From the NCBI GenBank assembly GCA_001724265.1, contig MEDY01000170.1:1-57196 (forward strand): a stretch of 57,196 nucleotides of DNA. The letters are read 5' to 3'. A model generated the notes under the pieces. That model saw only the letters and a list, made by a program, of their open reading frames with translations. It searched no databases and had not been told where the DNA came from. The DNA comes from Rhizaria sp. SCN 62-66. Its lineage: Eukaryota. Shown here piece after piece: positions 20,501 through 32,632 of the stretch (positions within the stretch are counted from its first letter, which is position 1; every line of letters begins with the position of its first letter). Both the position numbers and the translations under genes were made by a program.

Positions 20501-23500
20501 CCGAGAGTCCGCTGACTGCCGACAGTCATGCGCGCGCTGGCGGCCGCAGCTTTGGCGATGATGATAGCGATAATGACATTGACAACACTGGCGGGGACGA
20601 CAACAAAGAGAACGACAACGAAGTTGTTGCTCACAGCCGCGTTCATGCCAGCGTTCGAAGCGATGACAAAAACACTACCGGCGGCGAGAATGATGACGAC
20701 GATGACGACGGCGCTGGCGGCCTGAAGGAGGATGTGCGCGCCGCGCTCAACGCCTGGCAGAGCTACCTTAAGGCCGCCGCCGCGCGGGCCGCCGCGGAGT
20801 CTTCTTTGGCGACCACGGCGTCCGTCGCGTCGATGCTGTCGCTGACCTCGGACGCGCAGACCGCGCGCTCACTCGCGGACTCGGCCGACGCAGACACGCC
20901 GCGCGACACCGCTGCGAACGCAGGCGTCGCTGCGGGGGCTACGCTGTCATTGAGTGTCGGCGGCGCTGCCTCCGGCGCCGGCTCGGGCGCCGGCTCGGGC
21001 CCTGCCTCCGGCGCTGACTCTGGCCCCGGCTCTGCTCCTGGTGCTGGCGCGAGCGACTTTGGTGGCCTTGCGTCCCCGGTGATGTCTGCCGGTGGCGGCG
21101 AAAGCGGCGGCAGCCCAATGCTCGACCGCTCGCGCGGCGACCCGCTGCTGAGCTCAATGCGGCGCCGCCGCGGCCGGCGCAGCGACGCCCGGCTGGCCGC
21201 CGCGGGGGGCTCGCACTCGCACCTGCTGCCGTTGGAGGATGCCTCGCCCGCGGGCTCGCCACCACAGCCGCTCGCGCACGCGTCGCTGAGGCCCCGCGCG
21301 CGCGGCTCGGCGCTGGGCGCGCCCGCGCTTGCGTCCGGGCCCGGCTCTGGGACTTCACTCGCGCCAGGTGCAGCGAGCAGCTCGGCTGGGGCCGGGCACG
21401 GCAGCGACGCGATCTCGGCCGCGCACGCGTACATCAGCGAGCGCGCGACGCAGATGATGCGGCGCGCCAGCAGCACCGCGATGCTCGGCCTGGCCGTGCT
21501 CGACCGCGCAGGTTCCGGCGGGTTCGCCAGCAGCTTCGACGACTCCAGCGACAACCCGAATGCTAACAGCAACAATGCTGTCTCCGCACGGAGCGGCAGC
21601 GGTAGTGTCGACGGCAGCAGCAACGGCTCGCTGCCTGACGCTTCCGGCTTCGCGCCTCTGACGTTGCCGCGGCAGATGCCAGGCCGGCTCCAAGCGGGCA
21701 CCCCCGTGTCGATCGGTGCCGACTCGACCGAGGAGGACAACGATCACGACGACGACGGCTCTACCGCGCTTGCAAGCGAAAACAGCGACGGGGTGGCGCT
21801 GTCGGCCGTGGTGCCGCCGCTGCCGCTGCCGCTGCCGCTCGCGCTGCTCAGTCTGTCCGAGTCATCGGGACCCGTTGTCCCGCTGCTGTCGGCGCGCGGC
21901 GCAAAGCCGCCCGAGTCAGGCACGCTGCGGCGCCAGCAGCCGCCCGCAGCCGCCACGGCAGAGCTCTTTGCGCGGCCCTCCGCAGCCACGGCAACGAGCG
22001 CCAAGGGCGCCGCCGCACCAACGGCCGCCGGTGCAACAGCTGCTCCGACCGCTGTTTCCGGTGGCGTTGCTGCCAGCGGCGGCGCGGAAAGCGGCGGCAC
22101 TCCCCGCACGCCATCGCGGCCGCCATCGCGCGCGTTCTCTCAGCAGCAGCAGCAGTCGCCGCACGCGGGCTCGCGCGGCAGTCTGCTCGCGCACTCGAGC
22201 TCGCGCGCGTCGTCGCGCACGTCGCTGCGCGGCGCAGTGTCGCCGGCGCTCGCGCCCGCGCAGCTCGGGGGCCATGGCCACAGCAACGGGCATCACGGTC
22301 ATGGCCACGGTCACGGTCACGGGGGACAGAGTGTGCGCGGACGGTCGCGCACGCGCAGCAGCGGCTCCGGTCGCCTCCTCCCGGGCTCTGATACACAACA
22401 AGACACGGCTGCTGGCTCCGCAGCTGCGGCCGAGGCCGTGGAAGAAGAAGAGCAGGACGCAGAGGTGCTGATGGCGATGGCTGCGTGGGAGCAGTACATG
22501 CGCTCACTAGTCAACGCTTCCGTTGCCGCGGCCTCCTCCGACGCCGGCTCAGGCTCAGTCTACGGCTCCGTTTCCGGCTCGCACTCGGGCTCGGTCCGCG
22601 CGCCCTCGCTCGGCCGCAGTCTCGCCGGCTCGCGCGCCTCGCTTGGCTCCAGGGCCAGCACGCGCGCGCGCCGCCGCGAGAGCGCGAGCCCCGGCGGGAT
22701 CGGCACCGCGCCCTCCGCCGCGACGTCCGGGTCCGGCTCCGGCTCCAACCCCGCTGCTGCCCAGCGCGGCGCCACCGGGTCCTCAACCTCAGGCGCTGCG
22801 GGCGCGGGACCGATGGATACTACGACTAGACACGGCCCTTTGAGCGACGATGAGTCGTCCGACGACGACGCCCGCGGTCGGCGCCGCCGCGGCCGTGCCC
22901 GTGGTGTCGACAACAACTCCGGCGGCGACGGCGAAGGCTTCGTGACCGGCTACTCAGATCCCGACCACGAGACGGACTCGAACGGGGACTCGAACGCTGA
23001 CGGCCACGGCTACGACGGCCGTGAACACAGCCGTGAGCACTCGCGCTCGCGTTCGCGCCGCCGCAGGGTCACCGCAGCGCCCCGGCTCGCGCGCCTGACG
23101 TCGGCCGGGACCGGCCCGGGCCACGATCTCGGCCACGGCCACGGCGATGGGCACGACGGGCACGAACACGGCCACGCGCACGGACACCCGCGCGGCGGCG
23201 CCGCCGCGCCGGGCCAGTCGCCGGGCCGCAACCGGGCGCGCTCACCGCGGCCCGCGCGCAGCTCCCGCGAGGGCGGTATTGGTATTGTCGGTGCTGAGGA
23301 TGCTGCTGAGACCACGACAACGCCTCAGCAGCCGCGCCACCGCGGCCGCAGCGTGCGCGGCCCCAGCTCCACCTCCGGCGCCGCGCTTGCCTCTGCAGCG
23401 GACGCGCTGCTTGCTGCGGGCGGCTCCATGCGCAGCGGGCGCCGCGCCGCGCACGGTGGCGCTGCCAGCAGCGTCGGCGGCTCCGGTGGCCCCGCGCACG

Positions 23501-26500
23501 GCGGCAGCATGCGCGGCGCGCCATGGACGGACTCGCAGCACCGCCGCACGCGCCCGCGGCGCCAACGCACCGCGGCCGCGCCCACGGCGGCCGTGAGCAC
23601 TGCCACGGCACCCAGCGAGGGCAAGGCTTCCGGCGGCGGCGCCACGGCACATTCGGTGTTGGCACAATCTGCGGCGCCCGCGACGACGACGATCACGACG
23701 CCGCCCGCGCCGGAAGTCTCTGCGTCGTCCGCGACTCTCGCAACGGCGCCGGCCTCCGCATCTGTCTCCGCAGTTGTCGCCGTTGACAGTGCTGGCGCAT
23801 GCGCTGCCGGTGATGTTAGTGACGACGACTCGTTTGCGGCCGAGGCGCAGCATGAGTGGGCAGCCTACTTTAGCGCGTTGCTGCCCGCGGGCTCTGATGC
23901 AGACTCCGCGTCTGGCTCCGACGATAACGACGATGATGATAGCAAGGATGCCGATGATGAAAACGCCAAGACGCAACCTGCTGCTGTGTTTGTCATCAGC
24001 AGTGACGCCTCGCTCGCGGGCATAGCGCTTGAGGAAGAGGCCGCTGCGGCCGAGACGAAGGCCGCTGCTGCTGCTGCCGCAGCAACTGCCAAGTCCCCTA
24101 CGTCTGCAAAGGCTGAGGCTGTTACAACGGCAAGTCTCGGTGACGATGCTGAAGCCGCTGCAGCTGCAGGCACGGACAACGCTGACGCACTCGCCGGCGA
24201 TGATGACGAAGACGACGAGGATGACGAGGAGGACGGCAGCTACGACACTGACGACGAAGAGGATGCTTCCTTTACAGCAAGTCTCAGCAGTGGCAGCAGC
24301 GGCGACGACCTCGACGACGACTCCACAGGCTGGACTGGCTCCGGCTCCGGCACTGGCAGCATGAGCGACTCTTCCTCCGGCAGCGGCAGTGACGAGGACG
24401 GCGAGCACGACGAACGCTACGCCACGACTACCGACGACACGGACTCGCATTCCGGCCACAGCGAAGACGAGGACGAGGACGAAGACGAGGACGAGGCCGG
24501 CGAGCACCCCGCGCCGCTGACGGCTACGCGTGACCGGTTCTCGGCCGCGCAAAGCTTCTCCGCTCTCGGTGCCCTGGCCTTCCGCGGCAGCGCCGGTGCT
24601 GACACAGCGTTTCCCGCGATGCGGCCCCACGCCGGCAGCGGCCCCGCGGGCCCGGACTCGCCGCGCGTGGGGCTTAGCGGCGCGCGCGGACACCGGCGCA
24701 GCGCAAGCGCGGGCGCCTTTGCTGGGCTCGATGATGAAGTCAACCGTGCTGCGGCGAATGCCGACAGCGGCAGCGGAGGTGCCTCAGGCGCCGCGTCCGC
24801 TGCAGCGCCGTCGAGCAACAGCGCGGGGAGCAGTGCGAGCAGCAGCGGCTCGCGCCAGTCGCGTCGCGAGCGGGAGCGTGAGCGCGAGCGCGAGCGCGAG
24901 TTGGCCGTACGCCAGCGCCGTTATCGCCGCGCGCTCGAGCGTTCACAACGCTTCCGCGAGTACATGCACAACTCGCAGCGTTTCGACTCGATTCTGGAGC
25001 TGTCCGAGCCAGAAGCCGAGGACGGTGCCGCCGCGGGCGAGGGCGGGGGCGACGGCGACGGCTCTGGCGCTGCGGCCGGTGACGGCGACACTGGCACCGG
25101 CGCTGGAACGCGCGGCAGCACACGCAGGTCGGTTCGTAGCACGTGGGGTCGGCTGATGGCCACCGCTGCGCAGGCGGCGGCAGACGCTGCAGCGTCGCGC
25201 GGGCTCGGTCTGGCGCGCGCGCGACGGAGCTCGGTCGAGGGCCGCACAGTCGTCGGTGCCCCACCTGCGGACACTGCGGAGGTCGACGGCGTTGGGCTGC
25301 GCAGCGTTGGCGTCGGCTCACCCGGCGCAAGTTCACGCTCGCTCACCCACTCGCACTCGCAGTCATATTCGCAATCGCATGGCCACCCGCGCTCACCAGA
25401 GTCCGTGCAACGATCTCTCTCAAGCAGCTCCGCTTCCGCGTCGGCAGCGGCGGCGGCGGGCCACGGGCTGGGGCTCTCGCTCTCCGCCACAACTGGCAGC
25501 AGCAGCGGCAGCCTTGTCGGTGGTGAGGGCGTGGTCAGTCCGCGTCGCTCGCCACACCGCAGCCCCGCACTGCCCACGCGCTCGCGTCTCGCCACGAGCG
25601 CTTCTGTTGCTAGCTCCGCCTCCGGCTCTCTTAGTCCCACGCCCTCGGCTAGCGGCGCAAATGCTGCAGGCACTGCGTCCACGGGCGCAGATGCGGGCTC
25701 CGGCTCCGGCTCTGAAGTCGGCGCTGCGACCACTGCTGCATCCGCTGCAGCGTCTTCATTTGGCGCTGCTGGCGCAAACACCCACGAAGGCGCAGGCGAT
25801 GCGGAGCTCAGCGGGAGCGAGCGCTCTGGCACTGGCTCCGCCGCGGCGCGCAGCAGGCCCGACAGCGGTGCCACCGCCGGCGGCGGCGCGAGCAGCGGCG
25901 AAGGCGACGACGCCGTGTTCGCTCGGCGCCGCACGACCGCGCGGCGGCGCAGCGTGCTGCTCGAGGAAGACCTGGACGAAATGGACCGGCTCATGCGGTC
26001 GGCGCCCTTCCACGCGTTGATGCGGCGCCAGTCGATCCCGCACGCGCTGCGCGAGCGCCTGGAGGCCGAAGCTGCGCTGCAGGACGACCGCGCGCGCAGG
26101 AAGGAGCAGCGGCACGCCGAGCGCAAGCGCAAGCGCGCTGCAAACGCAGTGGCCGCGGCCGGGGACAAGGGCGTGCGCGCTATTCTGCATCAGCAGCAAC
26201 AGCAGTTGCCGCCTCAGACACAGCCGGACGAGCCGGACGAGCCTGACGAGGTGCGACGCGAGCACCGACGGCGGCGCAGGCTGCAGCGGCGTGACCGGCG
26301 TGCGCGCCAGGCCGAGGCCGGGGCTGACGCTGGCGCGGGGTCGGAGACGCTGGCAGCGTCTTTGTCGTCGCAGCGCCGGCGTTCGAATAGCAGTAGTGCG
26401 GAGCTTCGCGGGTCCGAACGCGATAATGATGAAGATGATGATGACGAAGACGACAGCGACGACGATGACGACGACGACGACAATTATGATGACGACGATC

Positions 26501-29500
26501 GGCTGTCCGGAACATCGTCCTCACTTACTTCAACCAACAGCACACTCACAACGACCACGACGACGACGCTCACCTCAGTGGCCACGCCACTCACAGGCAC
26601 TTCCGCCTCGACCGCGCTGTCAATTTCAGCGGACACACTCACGGGCACGCTTTCCGGCACGCAAGACCACGGTGCCCGCGCGCTGAGCCGCTTCTACGCC
26701 TCCGCGGGGCCTTCGCTGGGCCGCCGGCCTTCGCGCGCCTTGCTCGCCGAGTCCGGGCGCGAGGGCGTGCTTGCTCACACGCGCGCAGCGGAGGCGCAGC
26801 AGAGCCACGGCCAGGGCCGCGCGCGCGGACACTCGCACAGCCGCAGCATCTCCAGCGACGGTCTCAGCGGCGGGGCTGACGGCGCTAGCGTCAGTGCACA
26901 GTCCCCGCGCTCGCGCTCACACGCGCGGTCGCATTCGCACTCGCACGTGCCGTCGCCGCTCACCTCGCCCACCGCCGCCTCTGGCTCTGTTGGCGACCGC
27001 TCGCGCCGCCGCGGCCGCTCATCCCGCTCCCACGCCACCTCCGCGGCCGCCGACGGCGACGGCGAGGCCGACGTGGGCGTGGAGCGGCGGCGCCGACGCG
27101 CGGGCCGCGCGCGGCGCTCGCGCGGACACACCGCGGCCGGCGCTCGCGGCGACGGCGACAGAGACGGCACGCCGTCCGCGGGCGGGGACACGTCCCGCGG
27201 CCGCAACAGGGGCGTCGGCAACGGCAGCGGCGACGACGCCGACGGCACGACGTCGCGTGGCCCGCGGCTCGACTTCCTGTACCCCGTGGTGCCGTGGCCC
27301 GGCCCGCTGTCGCGCGAGGCGGCGCGGCACGGCCCGCTTCTGCCGCTGCTGCCTCGGCTGTGCGAGGCCGGCAGCGACGAGGAGTCCGCCGCCGTGGCTG
27401 CTGCGGCGACTGCGACGCCGACTGCGGCGGCCGCCGGCGTGAGCGGCGCGGCTGCGGAGTTCGAGGCCCCCGTGCGGCAGCGCGCACAAGAAGCCCCCGC
27501 CAACTCGATGCTCACGGTGGCCACCAGCGACGCGTTTACCACCTCCCCCGCCGCCGCCGTCAGGGCAATCGCGCTGCTGCCGGCCGCGGCCGCGGCGCGC
27601 GGCGCGGCGCACGCGACCGGCGTGGTGCCTGGCGTCTCGCTGGGCGTGCTTGCGGCGCCCGTCGACCGCTGGCCCATGCCGCAGGCCTCGCGGACCGCGG
27701 ACGCGGCGACCGCGGCGACCGACGGGCCGCGGGGCGCGCCGCTGCAGGCGCGCTGGGGCGCCGAGGCGCTTGCCGCGGGCGCCCCGGCATTGACGCCCGC
27801 GGCCGCCGCCGCCGCGGGGGCGGACCCGCTGCGCTCGCCCGCCGCAGATCTGCCGACGGGCGCGGGCGCCGTCGTCGTGGTTGCTGCCGCGGTCGAGGCG
27901 TCTGCGACGGCGAGGGAGCAGCGCGCTGCTGTAGTGATGGCGCAGACGGCGCGCGAGCCTGCACCCGCGATGCCGCCGCCGGTCGCCGTCGTCTGTAACA
28001 GCGGCGCGGCCCGCGGCGCGCGCTCGAACACCGGCGCCGGCCACATCGGCGATGTTGCCGGTCTTTCGCTCGCCCTCGCGCCCGTCTCCAGCACGTCTTC
28101 GGCGTCGCCTGCCGCGATTGGCGGCGCGAGCGTGACTGTGGGGGCGCTCCAGCGCAGCCACCGGCCCGGCGCGCTGCCCACCTCGGGCACCGCGGGGCCC
28201 GGCGCGGCGGCGGCGACGGCGCTGGCGACCGCGGCCGCCGTCGCTGCCGCCGCAGGGCATATCCGTACCGGCGCTGGCGCGAGCGCTGCCGCTGCCGACG
28301 CACTGCCCCACAACAGCCATTCTGCTGGACGCGGTAATAGTCACGGATACGGCCGCCAGGGACAGCAGAGCGAGGGCGGGCTGGCCGCGAGCGATCCGCT
28401 GTGGCTGCTGCGGCCTGAGGCTGAGGTGACGGCCGAGGCGGAGCGCAGGCTGCGGCGCGCGCTGGCGTGGCAAGACTTCTGCCGTCCCGGCGAAGCCGCC
28501 GCCAACGCGTCCGCTGCCGCTGCCGCTGCGGCTTCGCTGGCGGCAACCCCTGCGGCCGCAATGACTGTAGTTGCGACGAAGCGCACTACGCCCGTCGCAG
28601 CTGCTGCTGCTGCGGATGCGGCACAGCAGCTGCCGGGCACCGTGCCCCTGAGCAGCGCCGAGCGGGGCGCCGAGATCGAGGTGCACGGCGGCGGCCCCCC
28701 GTCGCCGCCGTCGTCGCGCACGTCCCCGTCCTCCGCGTCTGCCGCAGCGGCGGCAGCGGCCGCACTCTCACCCGCCGCGGGGTCCTATGAAGCCACCCAG
28801 CACGCGAACTCAGGCCATAGTACCACGGGCGCTGGCGTTGACGGGGCCCGTCGCCGGGTCACGCAGGTCACGCACGCGCCCTTCTCCGCCACGAGCGCAA
28901 CCGCCAGCGCCAGCGCCGCTGTTATTACGGCCACGGGCGGCCGCGCTGCGCCGCGCACCGCGCCCGCGCGCTCCGGGCTATCGGCCTTCACACCAGCGAC
29001 CCACATCGGCGGCGCTGGCAACGGAGACGCCGTGGGCGCTGTAGCGAGCCCTGTTGGCGAGGCTGAGGAGGCCGACGCGGCGGCGGCGGCGGCGATCACG
29101 GCGGCCGCGCAACGGCCCATGACCGCGCAGCACCGGCGCGCGGTGGCCGTGGCCGCGGCGGCACTCGGCACTGGCACACCGGCGCACGCGCACTTACTGT
29201 CGCAGTCGCAATCGCTCTCGTACGATTACCCATCAACCAGCGCAGGTGTCACTACTGTGCCTCATGCTGTCGCTGTCAGATCTGCTGCGAGTGGGCCGCA
29301 TGTGACGCTGCGGCCGCGTCCTCCCAGCACGCCGCCCCCGCCGCAGACGCAGACACTGGCGCCGACACAATCTCAGTCGCATCTGCCGTTGCAGTTTGAG
29401 CTCCAGGCTCAGCAGGCGCAGCGCACCGCAACGGGCGCTGCGGGGCGCGCTGCCTTGGCGCGGCCGCGCACGGCCAGCACGGGCAGTCTAGCGGGCGCGA

Positions 29501-29757
29501 GCGCTGGCGATGCCGCTAGCGCCGTGTCTGCCACGGCGGCCGCAGTGGTCGCGGCAGTGACGCGCAGCGCATCGGTCACTGCCGCGGCCTCCGCTCCTGT
29601 TCCTGCTCCTGCTCCTGCTCCCGCTCCGACAGTGCGTCAGTCCGCCGCTGCGACGCAGTCTGCAAGCGACAGCGCCGTGGCTGCCGAGGCGGCGGAGGCT
29701 GAGGAGAAAGCGAGGCTGCTAGCCGAGCTTGGAAGGCTGATTCCTGGCTTTGATTAA
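14506..29757 (+). CDS. Giant (~5083 aa) predicted intrinsically disordered Ala/Ser/Gly-rich protein; one in-frame TAG at 15031-15033
   Basis: ORF 14506..15033 (ATG start) and ORF 15196..29757 (GTG start in the track) are in the same frame with only a TAG between them. About 14.7 kb is stop-free after the TAG. Ends LIPGFD-TAA at the switch to AT-rich DNA. No globular domain recognised. Confidence 0.75.
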
Positions 29758-30074
29758 CTGCGGCTCTGGGAAGAACATAATATCTTATATTATCTGTAAC
29801 ATTGACTCTTTGTCATCAGAGACATCATTTACATAGGAAGTTCGTTATATACGCAATCTAAAAGAAAATATATTAGTATATTGTAACAAAGAACTTGAGA
29901 TTGAATAAAATCTACTTTGTATTTTTATCATTATCGCTTTCCGCTTGATCAAATACCCCAAAAGAAACTTAGTGGGTACAAAATGAGTTCTACCAGGCCC
30001 CAGAGTTCTATATCTCGCCAAACAGGCGTTGTCATCGCATATGCATGCATGTGTTCGCATGGGTGTCGCCGCGC

Positions 30075-30719
30075 TCATGGGGGCGTGGAGGTGACGTCGG
30101 CGAAGCGCTCGATCTGGTACTTGTGGCCCGTAATGTAGACGATGGGCACGCCGGGGATCTTGCGGATGCGGCGCTTGAGCTCGCGGTCGCACGTCGCCAC
30201 CATGAAGCACTTGTGGTTCGTCACGCGGTCGATAAGGCAGTCGTCGGCGTACACGCCCTTGTGCGAGCAGGGGTAGCGCTCGAAGCGCTCGTCCTTGGAG
30301 AGGCGCAGCGCGACGCGGTACTGCAGCCCCAGCTTCTCCAGCTCGGCGACGACGCAGTCAGTCAGGATGGGGATCACCTTAGCGAGCAGGCAGTCCATCA
30401 GCGAAGTGAAGATGTCGAGCTTGTGCTGGATGGAGAAGTTGATAAAGTTAGTGTCGATGAGCACGCGGTACGGCGGGCCCAGCTGCGTGTTGTACTTGAG
30501 GAACATGGCCGCAGAGATGCGCGACGCGTGCACCACGGCGTCGCCGTCCACCTTGCGCACGTTGGCGCCATTCTTGGCCGCCACGGCCTTGCCACCCTCC
30601 TTGGCGATCTGCTTGTGCTTCGCCTCGGACGTCTGGTGGACTTTGAGTCGGTTGTCGTTGGCCTTGATGCGCTTAATGTCGCGAACTTGCTTCGTCTTGC
30701 GGCTGGTAGATTTGCCCAT
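30075..30719 (-). CDS. FCF1: rRNA-processing PIN-domain protein FCF1/UTP24 (214 aa)
   Basis: MGK...[39 protein letters not shown]...[12 protein letters not shown]...[12 protein letters not shown]...[20 protein letters not shown], the FCF1 signature. ATG at 30717-30719, stop TGA. Confidence 0.96.
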   Translation of the reverse strand: MGKSTSRKTKQVRDIKRIKANDNRLKVHQTSEAKHKQIAKEGGKAVAAKNGANVRKVDGDAVVHASRISAAMFLKYNTQLGPPYRVLIDTNFINFSIQHKLDIFTSLMDCLLAKVIPILTDCVVAELEKLGLQYRVALRLSKDERFERYPCSHKGVYADDCLIDRVTNHKCFMVATCDRELKRRIRKIPGVPIVYITGHKYQIERFADVTSTPP

Positions 30720-31120
30720 TTTGGGAGTGCAGGTTGAGAGCTGGAGAGCTGTCAAAATAAAAGAAAGAAGTTGTGTCGGGGTTCTTCGCGGGGAAGAAAG
30801 GCAGAAGCGCGGTTACGGTTCGGTTGTCGCAAGCGATCAAGGAAGCGTAGCGCTCGTTTCAGGAGCTCTCGAACTTGGCTTGCTTGCTGGTTGCTATGGT
30901 GGCCAAGGGGGGACTGGCTGGGAGGTTCAGTAACAGCTGGCAACTTCCTCAGACTGCAAAACCATAGCTAGTCCGTCAACGCGGGTGCTGGTTGATATAC
31001 ATGTGTTATCTAGTTGTCTAAAATATGTTCTATAAATATAGTTCCTCGAAACGTTGATCTTCCGCCTCACCATATCTCTGCCTCTTCCCCTTGTCCTCGT
31101 CTACTCAACGGTCAGATCAG

Positions 31121-31841
31121 ATGTCTTCCAAGGACGGCAACAAGAGTCCCCGCAAGAATGCGAACTCGTCCGTCCGCCGCAACGCCAAAGGTGGCGTGTT
31201 TGTTAACCCCAACGAGCTTAAGCTGGTCCGTCCCCTCATCTCTCATCCCTTGTCATCCCTTTCTTCGGCATGCTTTATCGCCTTACGACAACGCTCACTC
31301 ACCTCCTCTCCTCTCTTTTGCTTTCACCCGTCTCATCTCTTCCGCTCTTAGGCCTTTGAGTTCCTTGATACAGGCAAGAAGGGCTACATTACGGCACAGG
31401 ACCTGCGCGAGAAGCTCGGCATCTTCTACAAGAACCTGACCTCGCGCGACTACAAGCTCCTCATGCAGGGCCGCGTACGTATCTCGCGCTCGCTGCGCTA
31501 TACTGTCGCCATAATGTTGCATGTCTCTAAATTAACTCACGTTTCTGTGTTTATTAGCTTATCTACTTATGTGTAATCCCGCTAATTACTTCTATATCGC
31601 GCGAACCTTCTCCATATATTGCCCTCGGATCAAACTCTCATGTTGTCATTCGAACAACCCCCCGCTCACACACACCCCCACGCCCTCCCACGCACACACT
31701 TTGCTTTCCACGCTTCCTCCCTCCGCCGCTCAGACTGAGCTGACGGAGCAGGACCTCTACGCGCTGCTCGCGCATAACGAGTTGACAGACTTCGATCCCG
31801 TCAAGGAAGCCTTTAAGGTCTACGCCCCCACCTCGGGCAAT

Positions 31842-31874
<33 letters not shown>

Positions 31875-32225
31875 TCCAACGCCTCTAGCGGCGACGCGGC
31901 GGGCGGCGCGGTGATGGACCGCGCGGTGCTGCGCAGTATCCTTGCAGCGTCCGGCTTCCAGGGCATCTCGGAGCCGGACATCGACACGCTGGTGCAGGCG
32001 CTCGACTTAGACGGCGACGGCGAGGTCGGGCTCGCCGACTTCGCAGACTTGGTCCGCGAGGCCGGCCGCGCGCGCTCGCAGGCGCAGCTCGTGCAGCAGC
32101 AGCATGCGCTGCACCAGCAGCGGCAGCAGCAGCGTGCGCACGGTCCTCCGCCCGCCGCCGCGCAGGGCAGAGCGCAGGGCCAGCAGCAGGGGCAGGGGTA
32201 TCAGGGCCAGGGTCAGGGCCAGTGA
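31121..32225 (+). CDS. Calmodulin/centrin-like EF-hand protein (~239 aa; exons 31121-31225, 31352-31474, 31734-32225)
   Basis: Spliced product GVFVNPNELKL|AFEFLDTGKKGYITAQDLREKLGIFYKNL...MQGR|TELTEQDLYALLAHNELTDFDPVKEAFKVY...LDLDGDGEVGLADF, with EF-hand loops DTGKKGYITAQD and DLDGDGEVGLAD. Gln-rich tail. Stop TGA. Confidence 0.85.
31226..31351 (+). other. Intron 1 of EF-hand gene (126 nt)
   Basis: GTCCGT donor, long C/T tract, CTCTTAG acceptor; phase 0 join restores the EF-hand. Confidence 0.8.
31475..31733 (+). other. Intron 2 of EF-hand gene (259 nt)
   Basis: GTACGT donor, AT-rich body, C/T tract and GCTCAG acceptor; phase 0 join. Confidence 0.8.
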
Positions 32226-32632
32226 GGGGCGATGCGAGGGCGACTGCTCGGGTTCGAGTGACGCTGGACTCAGTCAAGCCGGTCTGGCGTGCAGCGGAGA
32301 GCCGCGAGCGCGCCGAGGGAAAGAAATACCGGGCCAGAGCAGCGCGGCGAGTGGTGCCATATTGCCGCTCGCTGCGACGGCAGCTGACAACTGTCCACAC
32401 AGCGTTTGTGCGACGTCGTCTGTCTGTATGCTGGTTATTTAGTCGATCTTATCATCTTTGCATCAAACATCTCTTTTTCTATTAGCACGACAATAAGAAT
32501 AAAATTCAAATGTCATATGTATTCATGGAACTACTTAAACAATAAACTACGTAACTAAGTTGTGACTTTTCGCCTCCACCACAGTTGTCTTAAGTTCAAC
32601 GTGAGCGATATAACGTGTTACTATATGTCCGC

